A DNA stretch of 63,312 bases. Source: Aplysia californica. Taxonomy: Eukaryota. The number at the start of each line of letters is the position of its first letter. The first letter of the stretch is position 1. The notes below the pieces were generated by a model. The model saw only the letters and a program-made list of their open reading frames with translations. It was not told the origin of the DNA and made no database searches. Positions 1 to 13,900 of this stretch are shown piece after piece. Made by a program: the position numbers and the translations under genes. The stretch spans positions 131,911 through 195,222 of the forward strand of contig NW_004798019.1 in NCBI RefSeq assembly GCF_000002075.1, given 5' to 3'.

Positions 1-3000
1 TCTGGCCAACAGAAAAATAGCAGTTATATAATAAACACTCGTTATATCGCATAACGGTCAAAATTTTTTTTTTTACATCATCAATGTGATAATGGGAGAA
101 ATAATCTTTAAAAACCATTAAAAACTGACGACAAAAATAATCAACATTAATTAAATATATGCCAACAGCAATAACTAGAAGTCACAGACTAACCGTTACC
201 ACATAATGACAACATGAAATACACTTCCCCGTTCCTGAAATTCCTGATTCATATAAATTACATCAAGTAAATGTAATATTCCATAATAATCAAATATTGC
301 ACACAGTAGGATCAGATAAGGTGTGGCATATATATGTAAGGACATTAAATGAGATTGGTCTCTCACACACACACACACACACACGCATACAGACACACAA
401 TCTCCCGGTGTTCACTGGCATCATACAAAATATCTTTCTCTGTCATTATCAATTAACTAAAACAACATCCTGCTGGCTTCAGAATATCTATTGAGAACAC
501 TCCGGGAGCATATATTGCTGAAATCCCCCATCCCAGTCCGTCCAATGATTAAAACCGTCTCACCCCCTCTCTAATGGGTCTCATATCAATGACAAAACCA
601 TGCTGTGGCTACTACGCAGTTCCTGCTGTTTTTTGGGGGTTTTTTTTTTCAACAGAAGTATTTTTACATCTCTTTCAACACAATTAACTTAAGATAATTT
701 AAGAAATCTGTCAGGGTCAAACCCGGCAGAGAGGAATACAACATCCAAGCAGACAGACAAATGCTTGATAAACCCATTGCAAAGTCAGACCTGTAAATTG
801 CCCAATGAAAATCAGATGGGGGCACAGCTGTACCGATTTTGTTGTATTCTGAAATTGTTCCCTTGTTTTCAGCTTTATTGCTATAGGTATTATTAGTAAA
901 GGAGCATTGTGCTTATTACCACATTTCGTTGAGAACCTTATCTGAATAGTGTTTTCTTTATACAGAATAACTGATTTATTTATTGTATTACCCCACCACT
1001 CCCTCCTCTTACATATGCATAAACACATAAGCAAAAGTTAAAGTTGTACAGAACTCACAGTACAAAAAATAACAAGTCAACTCTACTGATTCTGAAGAGT
1101 ACAACCTGGAAAAAACATCATTTATAAAGTAACTCTCATCTGCAATGAGAGCTAAACTGCAAGCCTTCGTAAGTTTTATTTGCAATCTTGAAGAACAAAT
1201 TTTGTAATGTATTCATCTAGTATTTAAACATATTTATACCGGTATTATTTATATTCTTATGAAAATGAAACTATGTTTTTGTTAACATCACACAATTCGT
1301 TTATCTGGATTATATTTTCTCAGTTCTGACATATAGTATTGCGAAGATTTTCTCTAAGTGTTTTTTAAAATCACACACTGTAAATTGACCACATAATGTA
1401 GAAATGTTTAGATCTTGATTATTTCTTTTATCAAATGAACAATTTTTCCTTCTCTGAAAAATTGATATGAATTTGTTGTAATTTTTAAAGTGAAACTTCA
1501 TGCAGTATTAGCACAAGATATATATATATATATATATATTTTATAGAACTGCTCAATCAAAGGTACTATCTAGAATGTCCGTTCAATTTCCAACATTTTG
1601 ATATGCAATTCAACAAATGAGAGGGAAAAAACCCACAGAAAAAACAAAGAACCATTAAAGGCTAAATTTTAAACTTTTTCCATTTGTCCCCCTCCCGTCG
1701 ACAGCACATACCTGTGCCACAGTCACTTTCAACCCCACACGTTACACTGCAATGCCCCAAATTTTTCGCCCACTTTCACCGAGTGGCTCTCTGAACACAA
1801 TATCCGGTCAACAACTAATACAAAGTATAGTACTACTGCACCTAAATAAACCAAGCTGTTTTTAAACCAAAAAAAATAATATGTAAACCTGAAATAAGAA
1901 TAAATGCACTCATCACATATTTCACATTCATGACATTCACATCATGTTGCTGACTTCCAACAGTCACCCCCCCCCCCCCCTCCCCCTCTCTCTCTAGTCC
2001 TGACAAAATTCTCCTTACAAAGCCAGACCCTTACAAGCCCAGGGTCTAGACATATATCATATCTGCTTCACGACAGCCCACATTTTCACTCCAAAGTCGT
2101 TGAGTACACTACCGCGGACAATCTTTAGCATACAGCAAAGGAAGCAAAATGATCTTAATATTAACTTTATTTTCGAAGCAGAGTCAAAGGACATAAAAGT
2201 GTGTGAGAACTGAAGTCATCACGTGCAAGTGCTGCAAGGAAATGCCGAGACCAATGACCGTACTGGACTGTACAACAATCTGCAGAAAAAATGAGTCTTG
2301 ACATTCAACTCCACATCCCAAAGTGCAACTCCAAGTCAAAGGAAAAGTGATGAGTTTGAGTTGAGTTCTTAATGCTACCACGCACCCACAAATATATTTC
2401 TCCATTTTCATACTCTGCAGATCTTAAATGATCACCCCACCTCCCCACCCTTTTTTTTAGCCATGCCATCATAGAAATTTCTATAAACTAAAATTCTACA
2501 AAGTTTGTGCAACTTTGTAGCTTGATATGATATTTGTTGATTAAGATGAAAATAACAACCTCCGCCATACACACTCGAACAATAATCTCATTCTGTTCAG
2601 GGAAAAAAAAAAATCCCCAAAGAAAGCAAAAATGTGACTTGAGGACGAAATTGAGCTAATAAAACACTTCACTTTACAACACAAGCCCAACAAATGCTAT
2701 GTCACCCAACAAATGCTATGTCATGTCTGTGTTTACCACAAGGCAGTGTCATGTCAATAATAATAATAATACTAGCAAGTATGAGACAGTCAAGACGATG
2801 TTGCTCGACCTTAGAGCCTCAAAACGCACCATCAGGCTCACAGAGTGTTCCCTGTCACCCCACAACATCCATAAAACTAAAACTCACTCCTCTTTCAAAC
2901 ACTTGACCAAAACACCTGACAACACATTTTTTTCCTCGATCATCAGCACACATGGTATCATCAATACTAAAAGTCGTGATGGGGATAAGATAAACTGATA

Positions 3001-5838
3001 AGGAATATTTTGAAACAGAAGAAGACGGTTACTCTCAGCCCCCGTCTCAGCATCACAATATAAGTGACAAAAATTAAATCACAACGCTGAACTGAGAAAA
3101 GGACATGATGACATACAAAAGACGCCTCGACAATAAGTGCATGCCTACCAAAGAATCAGCACTCAACACAGATCAAGAAGATGGTGAAAATATTCACAAG
3201 GTTTTGCAGGACAATGGGCCTCTTGTCCACCAAAGGACTCGGATACCTGAAAGTGGCTCTAGTAACAAATGTTAAAAAGGTAGTAAAACAAATCTACACA
3301 CCTATCGACCCAATTCAATAGGTGGGTTGCTTAGATCCTGTCGGTCACGGCCAACCCGGACAGGTAGGGATGCAACATCCCAGCAGACATTGGTATTCTT
3401 TATTTTAAAAACCCCCACACAGGAATTGTATTCACGTTTTCTCCACTGGCATTCGCGTAATTTGAGGTTGAGACCCCTGATGTAGGGGATTCAACACTTC
3501 AAGAATTGGTGGGAAAAGTTGCTGAAAAAGCACATTCATAAGATGGGTTGAAATCAACTTTGGCCTCTGTGTAGATTTTCAGCGAAGGATCGTTCGACCC
3601 AATGACTCAGAACCAAATTAATATGGGAAAGAAGAAGATTGAAAACCAAAGCCAATTACAAAACTATAGGAGTAGGCAGTGGGGCTTGTGAGGAAAAGGC
3701 AACGGTACCAATGTAGACTAATCTGGAAGTAAGTTTTCTGGTTAAATAAACACAAAACTGAGAACAGAACTGGCAAACGTTAGACCATAAATGTAATTTT
3801 TCTACCTCATCTTTGAAAAGAAATTGATAAGATGCAAATTTCTGAGACTTTCTCAATAGAATAAACACAAAAATGCCAACCCCCCTCCCCCCCCAATAAA
3901 AAAAAAATTTCTTATATCAAGAACCTGCAGAAGGTCATACAGACAGTTCTCTAAAATACTTCCCCCGAGAAAACAAATAACAGACATATAGACGAAAAAA
4001 ACAACAACCAAATCAGAGAGAATAAAAGCTGAATCTACTGGCATGGCAAAGAAAAAGAACTGAAGAGCAGAGAGCATCATTATGGTCTGGAATGTGGTCC
4101 ACTAGAACGACCTCTAATTGCACATAGCCACCTCGTGAGTATGAATTTACCTGTAACATAAAACTAGTCACAAAATGCAGGACTGGTTGCAATCAGCACC
4201 AGGAAAAATAATCTATCGACGGTTTCAGTAGATGCAATTATAAGTGTTTTATATATGCCCCATTGGCACAATTAAGCAAGTTTGACAGGTGTGCTCTAGT
4301 TGTCCCTTTTACTTAAAAAAACCCAAACATATTTGAAACTTTTTTGTGTAGAATACTTGGTGCTTCTCAGGGCCACCTAAATTCTACTTTCAGCGTCCTC
4401 TGGGTAATTTGTGTGTACGAAAAAACTGGTCTAGAAGCATATAAAAAATACTTAGCTTTAGCTGTACGATCAAGCCAACACATTAAAAAATGTTTTGCAT
4501 TTTATCCTGCTTGCACACCAAAGAGAAAAAAAAGAAAGAAACCTTACAGAGATTATGAAATAAAACTTGGTAAAATGAAGGCTGGAGCATTCTTCCAAGT
4601 TAATCCAAAATGAAAAAAATCATTCATTCAGATTTTTTCTCTCCAATCATATAAAAACTCTTCCCCCAAAACTGAGAGGAACTCAGCCTACGTAGATCAG
4701 AACACCATCCACCCCCTCCCCAGCCTAATTAATTCAATTATTTCCTAATTGACAAGCCCCACAGATGAACCCCAACAGAATCTCACAGAATGTAATTGGC
4801 CCGACCGACATTGGAGATTGGCTCGCACCAAACCGCTTTCAATCTTGGCATACGAAGCTGGAAAAAGTCCAATTTCTGTGTCCATAAAATTTTTTTTTTT
4901 TAAACCCCAAAAAACCACACTATTCCTAAATAGGCATGATGACAACCAACCCCTTTACAGGACAAAAGTGAGTTGAGAAAAAGGGTACAAGGTGAATGAA
5001 AAATACTGTGTAGTAATGTCTACAAAAACTACAGCACCACAATGAGTAGAGAAGTTAAGTAGAGAAGCTGTTTCAGCCCTCCAAGATACTGGAATCTGCC
5101 AAAAGAGAAACTACTTCAGTATCAATAAATGCAGAAGTACCCTTCGACTAAGAAGGCAAGAGAAGAAAAAAACAACTAAACAACTAGAAACAAGGAGATG
5201 GCCAATGGGACACCGGCAAGAAACAAGTTGAGACTTTGAAGAATTTCAAATTTGAGAGAGCAAAGATGAAATGAATATCCACCTCATGACACTTTTTGAA
5301 CCAGCAGATGTACCAAGGTGAGTCAAGGCACACCCATATACACATAAGAGAAGATCAATAGAGAAAACCACTGGAAAATAAAAATAAAAGACGAGGAAAG
5401 ACCACGAGTCCAAACTACAAAAGGAGATGAGCTGTGGCAGACTGAGTGAACACACAGACAGTAGACAGGTTTTTAGCTAAAAAGAGAGTTCCTCTCGTTT
5501 GTACACAAATATTACCTAACATCCACCTCACGTGGAAATAGCCAAGGTTAAATTTATAATGCCTGAAGCCAGGGTTAAATTTATAATGCCTGAAACAAAT
5601 AAAAATTGTGTCAAATAGCAGTATGTTCTTGAGCATCTGCTGTATTGGCCTAGAAATAAAACATCCCCACCCGACATGTGAAAACTACACCTTTGTGAAA
5701 GCAATAAATACATTCAAGTCACAACTTCTGAGCATTTAATATCCAGCACCAACTGAGTGTGCTGTAAATAAATATAACTACAGTACTGACAATAACTGAG
5801 AACAAAACATCATATCGACATTAAACTACAACCTAGTG

Positions 5839-6242
5839 NNNNNNNNNNNNNNNNNNNNNNNNNNNNNNNNNNNNNNNNNNNNNNNNNNNNNNNNNNNNNN
5901 NNNNNNNNNNNNNNNNNNNNNNNNNNNNNNNNNNNNNNNNNNNNNNNNNNNNNNNNNNNNNNNNNNNNNNNNNNNNNNNNNNNNNNNNNNNNNNNNNNNN
6001 NNNNNNNNNNNNNNNNNNNNNNNNNNNNNNNNNNNNNNNNNNNNNNNNNNNNNNNNNNNNNNNNNNNNNNNNNNNNNNNNNNNNNNNNNNNNNNNNNNNN
6101 NNNNNNNNNNNNNNNNNNNNNNNNNNNNNNNNNNNNNNNNNNNNNNNNNNNNNNNNNNNNNNNNNNNNNNNNNNNNNNNNNNNNNNNNNNNNNNNNNNNN
6201 NNNNNNNNNNNNNNNNNNNNNNNNNNNNNNNNNNNNNNNNNN
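5839..6242. other. Assembly gap (other gaps near 10568-10667, 34050-34316, 35884-36020, 48867-49081, 58104-58301, 59906-60406, 61730-61829)
   Basis: Runs of N. Confidence 1.
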
Positions 6243-7428
6243 TTCATAAGGAAAACGGGTCTTTAGGCCATACCCAAAGGGGCGAGGAGGATTTATAACA
6301 TGTTCTTATGAACAGTAGAATTGTAAATGGGTTGATTTATCAATGTCATGCTCAAACTGTGCCGGAACAACCTAGGCGGAACTGCTACTTTTTCTTTCCT
6401 CCTCTGTACTATTGTCATTTTTCCTCTACTTCTTTTGTATGTTTGTCACTCTCTTGTGACCTGCTATTTCCGGGGTGCCTAGATAGTCGAAGAAGACCTT
6501 GTGCTGGTGAAGCTAGAGGGGTGAGCACTGATTCCCCCGTTTGGACTTCTATGTTGACATCCACCCATTAGCGCAGTTGCAAGCGCCGTAAAATCTTACG
6601 AACACTAAAAACTAAAAGAGGGGGGGGGATCTTTTATACAATTTCAACTGTACATATGCAACATTTTACTCAGCTGAATGAAAAACATGTGAAACGAGAT
6701 TCAAACTCTGGTTTTAATTAATTAATCTTTCTACCAAAAAACACCCATAAACAATCAAACCAAAAAACTAATCAACAAATCAAGGGATGCTTCGTCTTTT
6801 TATAGTAAAATAACCAACATGACATGAGCGTGGTTATAGTGAGATAAATTTCCATCAATTTGCACGTCGAGCAATGCTCAATTGAAGGTCTTGATTACCT
6901 TTCACTACAACTACAACAGCCAGTTTTGTCCAAATACATCAATCCAGGCTTGCCAACATTTTACAAAATCCAATCATAGACATCCAACGTTATAGCATCA
7001 AACTACATAACAAAGAACAAAATTACACAAAGTTAGGCTGGTTTTGGTCATGTGATAGAATCCAAGTTCCTGACTGCTGAATCCGTAACAGTCCTGGGAA
7101 AGCCCAGATGGTTGGCAAGCCTTCCAATCTGCCAGAATGACTTTTGTTGGCATAATATAACATCCTTGATAGTAACAAAAGAAGTTTAAAAACAAACAAA
7201 ATGGATGCAACCTGTAATCAATGCTTACGGCAAACTGTCTTCAATTTTACTACTGTTACCTAGACGCTGGGACACATTCATATGAATATCATTTCCATAA
7301 TAATCATTTCATTTCTTTATCTATGATTAAGAAAAAAAAAACTACAAAAAAATCAACAAAAAACGTTACTGTTAGACAGTTAGCTGTTCGTTGGGAAAAT
7401 GAAAAAATTGTAGATGATTTATACTCAC

Positions 7429-8134
7429 GATCTAATCCACCGATGTACTTCATTGTGATTTCACAGTGTCCCCACACTGCGCTGACTATTGGGTAGAGCT
7501 TCTTGCCCTTGAGTCCTCGAAAAGCCACGCCTAAATACTGTCCATCCACAACGAAACTTAGTGTCCCCTCGTCCATGTCTAACACCACAAGAAAACTGTC
7601 TGGCACAACAAAATTTTCGTCTGAGTTGAGTAAAGTCGGGTAAGTGACCCCCGGCGTATTCTTCATGTCATAGTACAACTTATTCCGACCGAGATCCCAG
7701 CCCCAGGAGTCTTTGCTGCTGCCCACCAGGCTTTGGTACCCGACGCAGTGTAGCGGGGCGTCGCTCGTGGCCACCCCGACCACCGCGTGCGTACCCCGCT
7801 GCCGGGTGCTCCAGAAAATTTCCCACACGTGGAGCCCCCTGGTGTACCCAAACCGCCCCCTGATGCAGTCCGTGCTCTGAGCCACAGGGTGTCTGTGGAA
7901 GGTCATCTGGTCATCGTCCTTCACGAAAATGTTGAGGGAACGATCGTCGGCGTTCCAAGCATGTTTTATCTGCTGCTCACGTGAGCAGGAGGGCATGTCC
8001 AGCAAGGCATCGAGCCGGCTGGGTTTCTGAAAGTCTGGACTGTAAGCGGGCTCACGGTTTATAGCTTTGTACGTTGGCTCCCGAGCACTGGAGATGGTCT
8101 TGATTCCCCCTGAGACTTTCTGCCCCATGTTCAT
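7429..8134 (-). CDS. SPSB1: SPRY domain-containing SOCS box protein (SPSB1/4, gustavus-like), main coding exon with the B30.2/SPRY domain
   Basis: Translation [10 protein letters not shown]...[15 protein letters not shown]...[14 protein letters not shown]...[13 protein letters not shown]...[11 protein letters not shown]...[23 protein letters not shown] matches SPSB1/4/Gustavus. The exon ends at GAT C|GTGAGT (phase-1 donor at 7428). Start may be 8134 (MNMGQK) or 8128 (MGQK). The SOCS-box exon was not found. Confidence 0.95.
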
Positions 8135-8594
8135 CCTTTGCTCTCGCACTCCCCCTATGTTTGCTAATGTTTGAAAACACACGTACATTCAAGAATCACT
8201 TTGCAATACTTATCAATTATAAAGATGGAAAAAAAATCACATTCCTCAAAGCACAATCTGATACTTTCCTGATGTCTTGTAACACTCTGATCACACAAAC
8301 CCAACACAGAGAGCCTTTATAACTGGGACCGATCCTCAGGGGAAATATAGAAGCTAAAACTAAATAAAACACACATTGGTCTTCCAAATCACCATTAAAA
8401 ACAAATGAAATGATAGATTCACCGCAAACGCATATTACTCATTAAAAGGGAAAAAGCGTGGATGCAAAGCACATTTCCTGCCTCCCCAGTAGCCACAGGA
8501 TTGAATGAAACAGACTTGAGATGATGCAGCTGCTGCCTTGGAGTGGTGATTACAATATGGTTCGCAGAACTTGTTTGCAACATTACTCAAACTC
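8135..8594 (-). other. Probable 5'UTR part of the SPSB coding exon
   Basis: Polypyrimidine acceptor ttttttctcctcacag|GAG at 8595/8594 on the minus strand. No other convincing acceptor seen before the start codon. Confidence 0.6.
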
Positions 8595-10205
8595 CTGTGA
8601 GGAGAAAAAAACAGACAAACGTGGTTTTAGAACAAAATTCAAGCAATGGTTTTTAAAATAATGTAAAAAAAATAAAAATAAAATAAAAATATAAAAAACA
8701 ACAACCCAACACACTATTCTAATGAATAACTAAAATTTGATCTACTATTTGAGTGCTATTTCTTCATTCTAGATTGGGCAATTAACATTTTTTACACAAA
8801 ATCTGTACAATGTGCAGCTATGATTTATCCATTCCACTTTTTGTTATAATTTGTTGTTTTTCTCTGGGGCTGAATTAATCTGGAAAATGACATTTATCAG
8901 GACCTCTGGAAACGAGGTTTAAATTCAGAAATTTCCAAATAAATCAGGGGAGGTTGGCTGGTCTGATCTTATCAGGGTTTTTCACTGTAACATAGTTTTG
9001 TACCCAGCATGACCCTGAGCAAGTTTTGATAAGCGAAAAAACAAAAAAGATCAAAATGAAATGCAATCTACAGTACATTCAGTTTGGTAAAGAGTTTTAC
9101 CAGGCTGGCAAATGCGAATGGTTATGGTACTAACTACTTCACAATAAATGATAAAATTGCAGGTCAGGAGGAAGTAATTACATTGACCTAAACTAACACA
9201 GTGAGTTGAAAGTTTAGGCAACACAAATGCTGGCATTCTGGGTAGACACCCAAAGATGTTTTAAGTTAGGAACTGTGTATGATATTAATTACTAGCTCCC
9301 TATGACGAAACTAATAGAGATATTGTTGCTCCATTTTATAAACACACAAACAAATATGGCTCTCCACATCCGTACTCCTCCAACAAATAACCTGTCCAGT
9401 CCTTCCTGAAAAACATTTTAGATGGAAAAGAACAATAAAACGGAAATTTAACTATTGGAAATACTGAAAAACAAATAGACAATAACCTAACTTCAAACAA
9501 ATTATATAAACTACTCTAAATGACAAATAAATTATATGCTGAAAAGCAGTGTATGCCGTCCTGGTTCGAACTTCCAAAGAGGTGATCGTGAATGTGGATT
9601 ATGCAGGCACTTTTCATGGTTCTCCATACTTACAGAGAAATATGGTCAATCAGAGGGGCTGCCTCTTAATCAACATGACTGTATCCACATTACAAAGATA
9701 AAAATGACAGAAAAGTACATTACCTCCGGACAAGACCTTGCAATGATAAAACAAAGGACAGCATGAGAAGAACTTGAAATTGTGGAAGAACTTGCAACCG
9801 ATGAAGAATCGAAACAATGGACAGAAATATTTACCCATCGCATAACCCTGAGGTGCAGCTGATCATATTGTTCTTGCATATATATTCAGAGATCCATATC
9901 AATCAACCTCACCACTGTTACAATTGTGTGGCTAGATAGATCTGGCTTTAAAACACATTGCCATTATTTTTAGTCTATGATGCTTATAATGGCCGCGCTC
10001 TTGCTTTTCTATCGACTAGATCCACATCAGCCGCAGAATGAAAGGGAAGTGACATTTTCAATCAGGTTTTCATCCCATCCAAAACATGCCCGCATATCAT
10101 GTATTTTTTTTTTAAAGGATGTGTTGTTATCTGAGAAAGACTACCTGTGATTTGTCCTCAATGACCGGATATCTCCGAAAGGAAGATTGTAAGATGATTT
10201 ATTTG

Positions 10206-10213
10206 AGAGAGAG

Positions 10214-10275
<62 letters not shown>
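10206..10275. repeat. (GA)n(GT)n compound microsatellite
   Basis: Read directly from the sequence. Confidence 0.95.
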
Positions 10276-10278
<3 letters not shown>

Positions 10279-10814
10279 TCGCGAGCTTTTATGTGTGCGA
10301 TTTTTGTGTGTGTTTGCTTTAATTGTTCTTGTCTGTGTAAAAATAAGCCCACCTTACCCCCACCCAAAGTCACCTCCCCTTCCCTCGCCAAATCTTCCCA
10401 TCCGGACCCAAATAAACGCCCGCTTCACCCAACAATTTTCCAATCCCCTCCCCCCTCCGCCCTCCTCACCTGCCACCTCACTTCTGTCCCATACCACGAA
10501 AACGCCCACGCCACTGTTTCTCTTAGCTCTTCCATACACCTCTTCACCTCACCCAACCACCATACCANNNNNNNNNNNNNNNNNNNNNNNNNNNNNNNNN
10601 NNNNNNNNNNNNNNNNNNNNNNNNNNNNNNNNNNNNNNNNNNNNNNNNNNNNNNNNNNNNNNNNNNNGGGGGGTGTTTACAAAAATGCAACAGTAGAGAT
10701 CAAGAGGAAGGCCATGTAGACCCTGGAGATGCACAACAATTTAGAAAAGTGGAAAGACATGGAAATTATATAAAGAGGCTAGCTCGAAATAGGGAAAGGT
10801 GAAGAGTGTTTTTC

Positions 10815-11180
10815 CCCCCAGGGCAGTGCCACTGACTGTAGTGTCTTTAGGCCATTCCCAAAGGGGGAACATTTTTCTCTCGTTCAAGCACAGTAGAATT
10901 GTAAATGGGCTGACTCATAACTGTGACTGATCTACAACAGGGAACTGTTGCCTTTTCTTTCCTGACCCTTACTGTACTATTGTCATTTTCCTCTACTTCT
11001 TTTGTATGTTTGTCACTCTTGTGACCTGCTATTTCCGGGGTGCCTAGATACAGATAGTTGAAGCAAACCTTGTGCTGTTAAAGCTAAAGAGGTGAGCAGA
11101 GTAAGTCTGATTCCCTGTAAAGACTACTCTGTTGACACCCACCCCTTGACACTCATATGCCCTTATGCAGTTGTGCGTTG
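10815..11180 (+). repeat. Dispersed ~360-bp retroposon-like repeat (copies about 6255-6615 and 54320-54695)
   Basis: Shared GTCTTTAGGCCAT.CCCAAAGGGG...AGTAGAATTGTAAATGGG...TTTTCCTCTACTTCTTTTGTATGTTTGTCA...GCAGTTGC. Confidence 0.75.
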
Positions 11181-11328
11181 TGTAGAGGTACATGTTATAC
11201 GGACTTGCATGTTATTTTTATTTAGAAAATTGCTAAACGTAAATTTGACAAAGAAAAGAAGCTGATCATCATAAACCTTGGAAAATAAACCATACAATGC
11301 CATGAGGACTAAACAGTCTCTGAATTAG

Positions 11329-12005
11329 GGTAACCAGTCATTTCGTCACACAGTCTTCTTGTCACACCCTATTATGTGTGACGAAATGACTTCACAGATC
11401 TATCTCTCCAAAATTGTTGCTAGTAAGAGTTTTTGAGGATCAGCCTAAAGCTTCTTTTAAAAAAAAATATAAATTATAATTTTTGATATTAATAAAATCT
11501 TCATCCAAACTGTTCCATAGTTGAACAATAGTTTAAATATAAGGCGAAACAATGTCTGGTAAATAGTTAATAGGCTTCGTTTGAAAGTAGGGGTCTAGCT
11601 GCAGCACCATACATTTCTATAAATTACTATTATAATTAGCTAATTTATTTTTAACAGAACTAATATGATCATGCCAATCACACCTTTCATCAATAATAAT
11701 TTACCTAAAAACTGTGATGATCTGACTCAATAGATTTCAATATTGTCAATACATATTTATGAACGGTGTAGCTGATCAGATAGGCACGACGACTCGCACA
11801 GCCCCCCCCCCTTCCACATACAGCCCCAACCCTCCCCCCAAAAATTGTGATTTGCCATCGCAATGATAATGCACGTTTGACTTGATGTTTGCAAGTGTGC
11901 TACGAATACGAATTGACCATCTCCATTCAACCTTGTGGATTTGGAGTGTGACGAGATGACAGTGACGTCTTGACGGCACCAGTCTGACGAAATGACTGGT
12001 ATTCC
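11329..12005. mobile_element. MITE with GG-initiated TIRs and an ~8-bp TSD (Merlin-like)
   Basis: Left GGTAACCAGTCATTTCGTCACAC, right GTCTGACGAAATGACTGGTATTCC. Flanks TGAATTAG and TGAAATAG match at 7/8. Confidence 0.65.
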
Positions 12006-12016
12006 TGAAATAGTGT

Positions 12017-12410
12017 TGTTCTCTGGAGTAACAAAACTCAAAAGCAGTTCCCAACCCACTTCTACTCACATCACATGACGTAGTCAAATGATTAGAACCA
12101 GTTCAAGCCCCCATTACGAGGAAAATTTATCATGACAAAATCTGGATCTGTCCATTCCTTACTCGCTTAAACTAACATTTCACATGCACAAGATGATGAA
12201 CTGTGTATGTTTAGTCATTCATTGATTTTGTTCTCTAGAGTAACAAAACAAATAATGAAGTTCCCAATCCACTTCTACCATTCACATCACATGACATAGA
12301 GTTTAAAATTCAGTTCAAACCCCATTATGAGAAAAATTTATCATGAAAAAAATCTTGATCTGCCCATTCCTTAATTAATAGCTTTGGATGACATTTTCAC
12401 ATTCACAAAA
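12017..12410. repeat. Diverged direct tandem duplication, period about 210 bp
   Basis: GTTCTCT(G/A)GAGTAACAAAAC...CCACTTCTAC..CACATCACATGAC...AAAATTTATCATGA...CCATTCCTTA occurs twice. Confidence 0.75.
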
Positions 12411-12503
12411 TATTACCCTTAAGACTAAGAGTAGTCATTTTTTAAGCATTTTTAATTTATATCCTCTCTGTTGAGACAAGATAATGACAAGTGCCTATTG
12501 CCT

Positions 12504-12680
12504 CTTTAGTTTTAGTAAGAGTTTTACGGCACTTGAAACACAATATGAATAAGGTCATGTAAGTGCTAAAGATGAGAGGTAAGACAGTAACAACACAAAA
12601 AAGAAGGAGGGGAGATAGAGATGATAGATTTTTCATAGGAAAGTAGGAGCAAACGACACCAAAGCACCAGCCAACCACCC
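12504..12680. repeat. Dispersed ~170-bp repeat family (copies about 17490-17680, 19800-19900, 28050-28210, 41645-41810, 42155-42320; inverted at 58500-58615)
   Basis: Shared TTTTAGTAAGAGTTTTA...AAGTGCTGAAGATTAGAGG...GAAAAGAAGGAGCAAA..ACACCA.AGCA.CTGCCAACCACCC. Confidence 0.8.
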
Positions 12681-13689
12681 ACTTTAGGTGAAACAGCGGT
12701 GACTACAATCAGATCTATCTATCAAGGACTCAAATAATTTCTGAATCTCCTAAAACTTTGACATTCCAACAAAAATAAAGACTACACAGTGAACAGTGAT
12801 TCAGAAGAGATGTTGGTCATGGACCAGGTCCATAGACAAAAACAATTTTGAAAAATTCAGCTGATTTCACACCGAGTTATTAAAAGAAAACCTCTATGCA
12901 GATATTTAATAGGCATGCTTGAACAAATAACAGGACAGCAGTGATTAAACTGGACATCAAGAAAAGCTGTTAAAAGCGGCACCTTGTGACGTCTTGTCAG
13001 TGTGCGTCGGTAGAAATAAAACCTGACAGCTATCTTTGGATTAGATTCTCATTAAATCGTTCATCCCTCAGTCATTCTGAAAATGTAGGTTAAAATAAAT
13101 TTTACTTTTCTACTTTACTTGGAAAGAAAATCCCACCAAAATAGAAAAAGGAATGGATTCTTTTGAACCAACAAATTACAAGGCTCCAGTTTGTGTTCCT
13201 ACCTTCACCACCATGTCCTCAAGCCCAAGCCCTCTTTCTCTTGAGCACAAACACACAAAGATCAGACCAAACAGCTGAAACCAAGCCCATGCACAACACT
13301 AGCCGATCATAAAGACCGTCACGAATGAAGACTCTTTGTTCGGGTCGGTGGCTTGCCTGGCTGTGTTTTACATTGTTTTTGTTTGGTGTGGCAACGATCG
13401 ATAACTTCCAGCGAAAATGTCTACAGTCAGAAACGACATTACTAAAATGGACTCAAGAAACACACACATACGAGTCTTGTGAATAGGCTACAACAGATAG
13501 TATACCACATTCAAGCTATATTATAATAAAGAGCTTCTAAAATAGTAACTGAACATCTGTCGATCTGGGCAAGCGGGTAGGAATCGAGGTTTTTCGAGGT
13601 CGGAGACGATAGCAGAGAAGAAAGAGAACGGGCGGTGTAGACCGAGCGCTACACTGCGATAAAAAAAAACAACAAAAATCGCACCCTAC

Positions 13690-13900
13690 CTGCTTTGATC
13701 AGATATTTCAGATTTTCTGTCTTAATCCAGTGAACCCTAGACATAATAACTGGTCTGCACTATTCGTCAATGACAGATAGGCTTTTTTCCCCCTTGGGAG
13801 TCTACTACTGTGGACAGCAGGCCACGGTTGAATGACTCACAAAACGACTGCTATCCCAGGCCGGGGGGCCATTGTGGCTTTACAATATGGCCACCATCTC
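13690..13900 (-). promoter_or_regulatory. Putative non-coding first exon and promoter of SPSB
   Basis: Minus-strand donor GCAG|GTAGGG at 13690/13689, locally CpG-richer DNA at 13560-13930, and a YY1-like CAATATGGCC at 13883-13892. Confidence 0.4.

Noticed and set aside
5540-5595. CRISPR-like direct repeat (GGTTAAATTTATAATGCCTGAA twice)
   Set aside because: Only two adjacent copies with no spacer, in a eukaryotic context; a simple local duplication.
9536-9900. Possible coding exon or transposase remnant
   Set aside because: Short, interrupted by stops, and without a recognisable motif or splice context.
10119-10734. ORFs with CVCV/HTHT runs
   Set aside because: Translations of microsatellites and N gaps.
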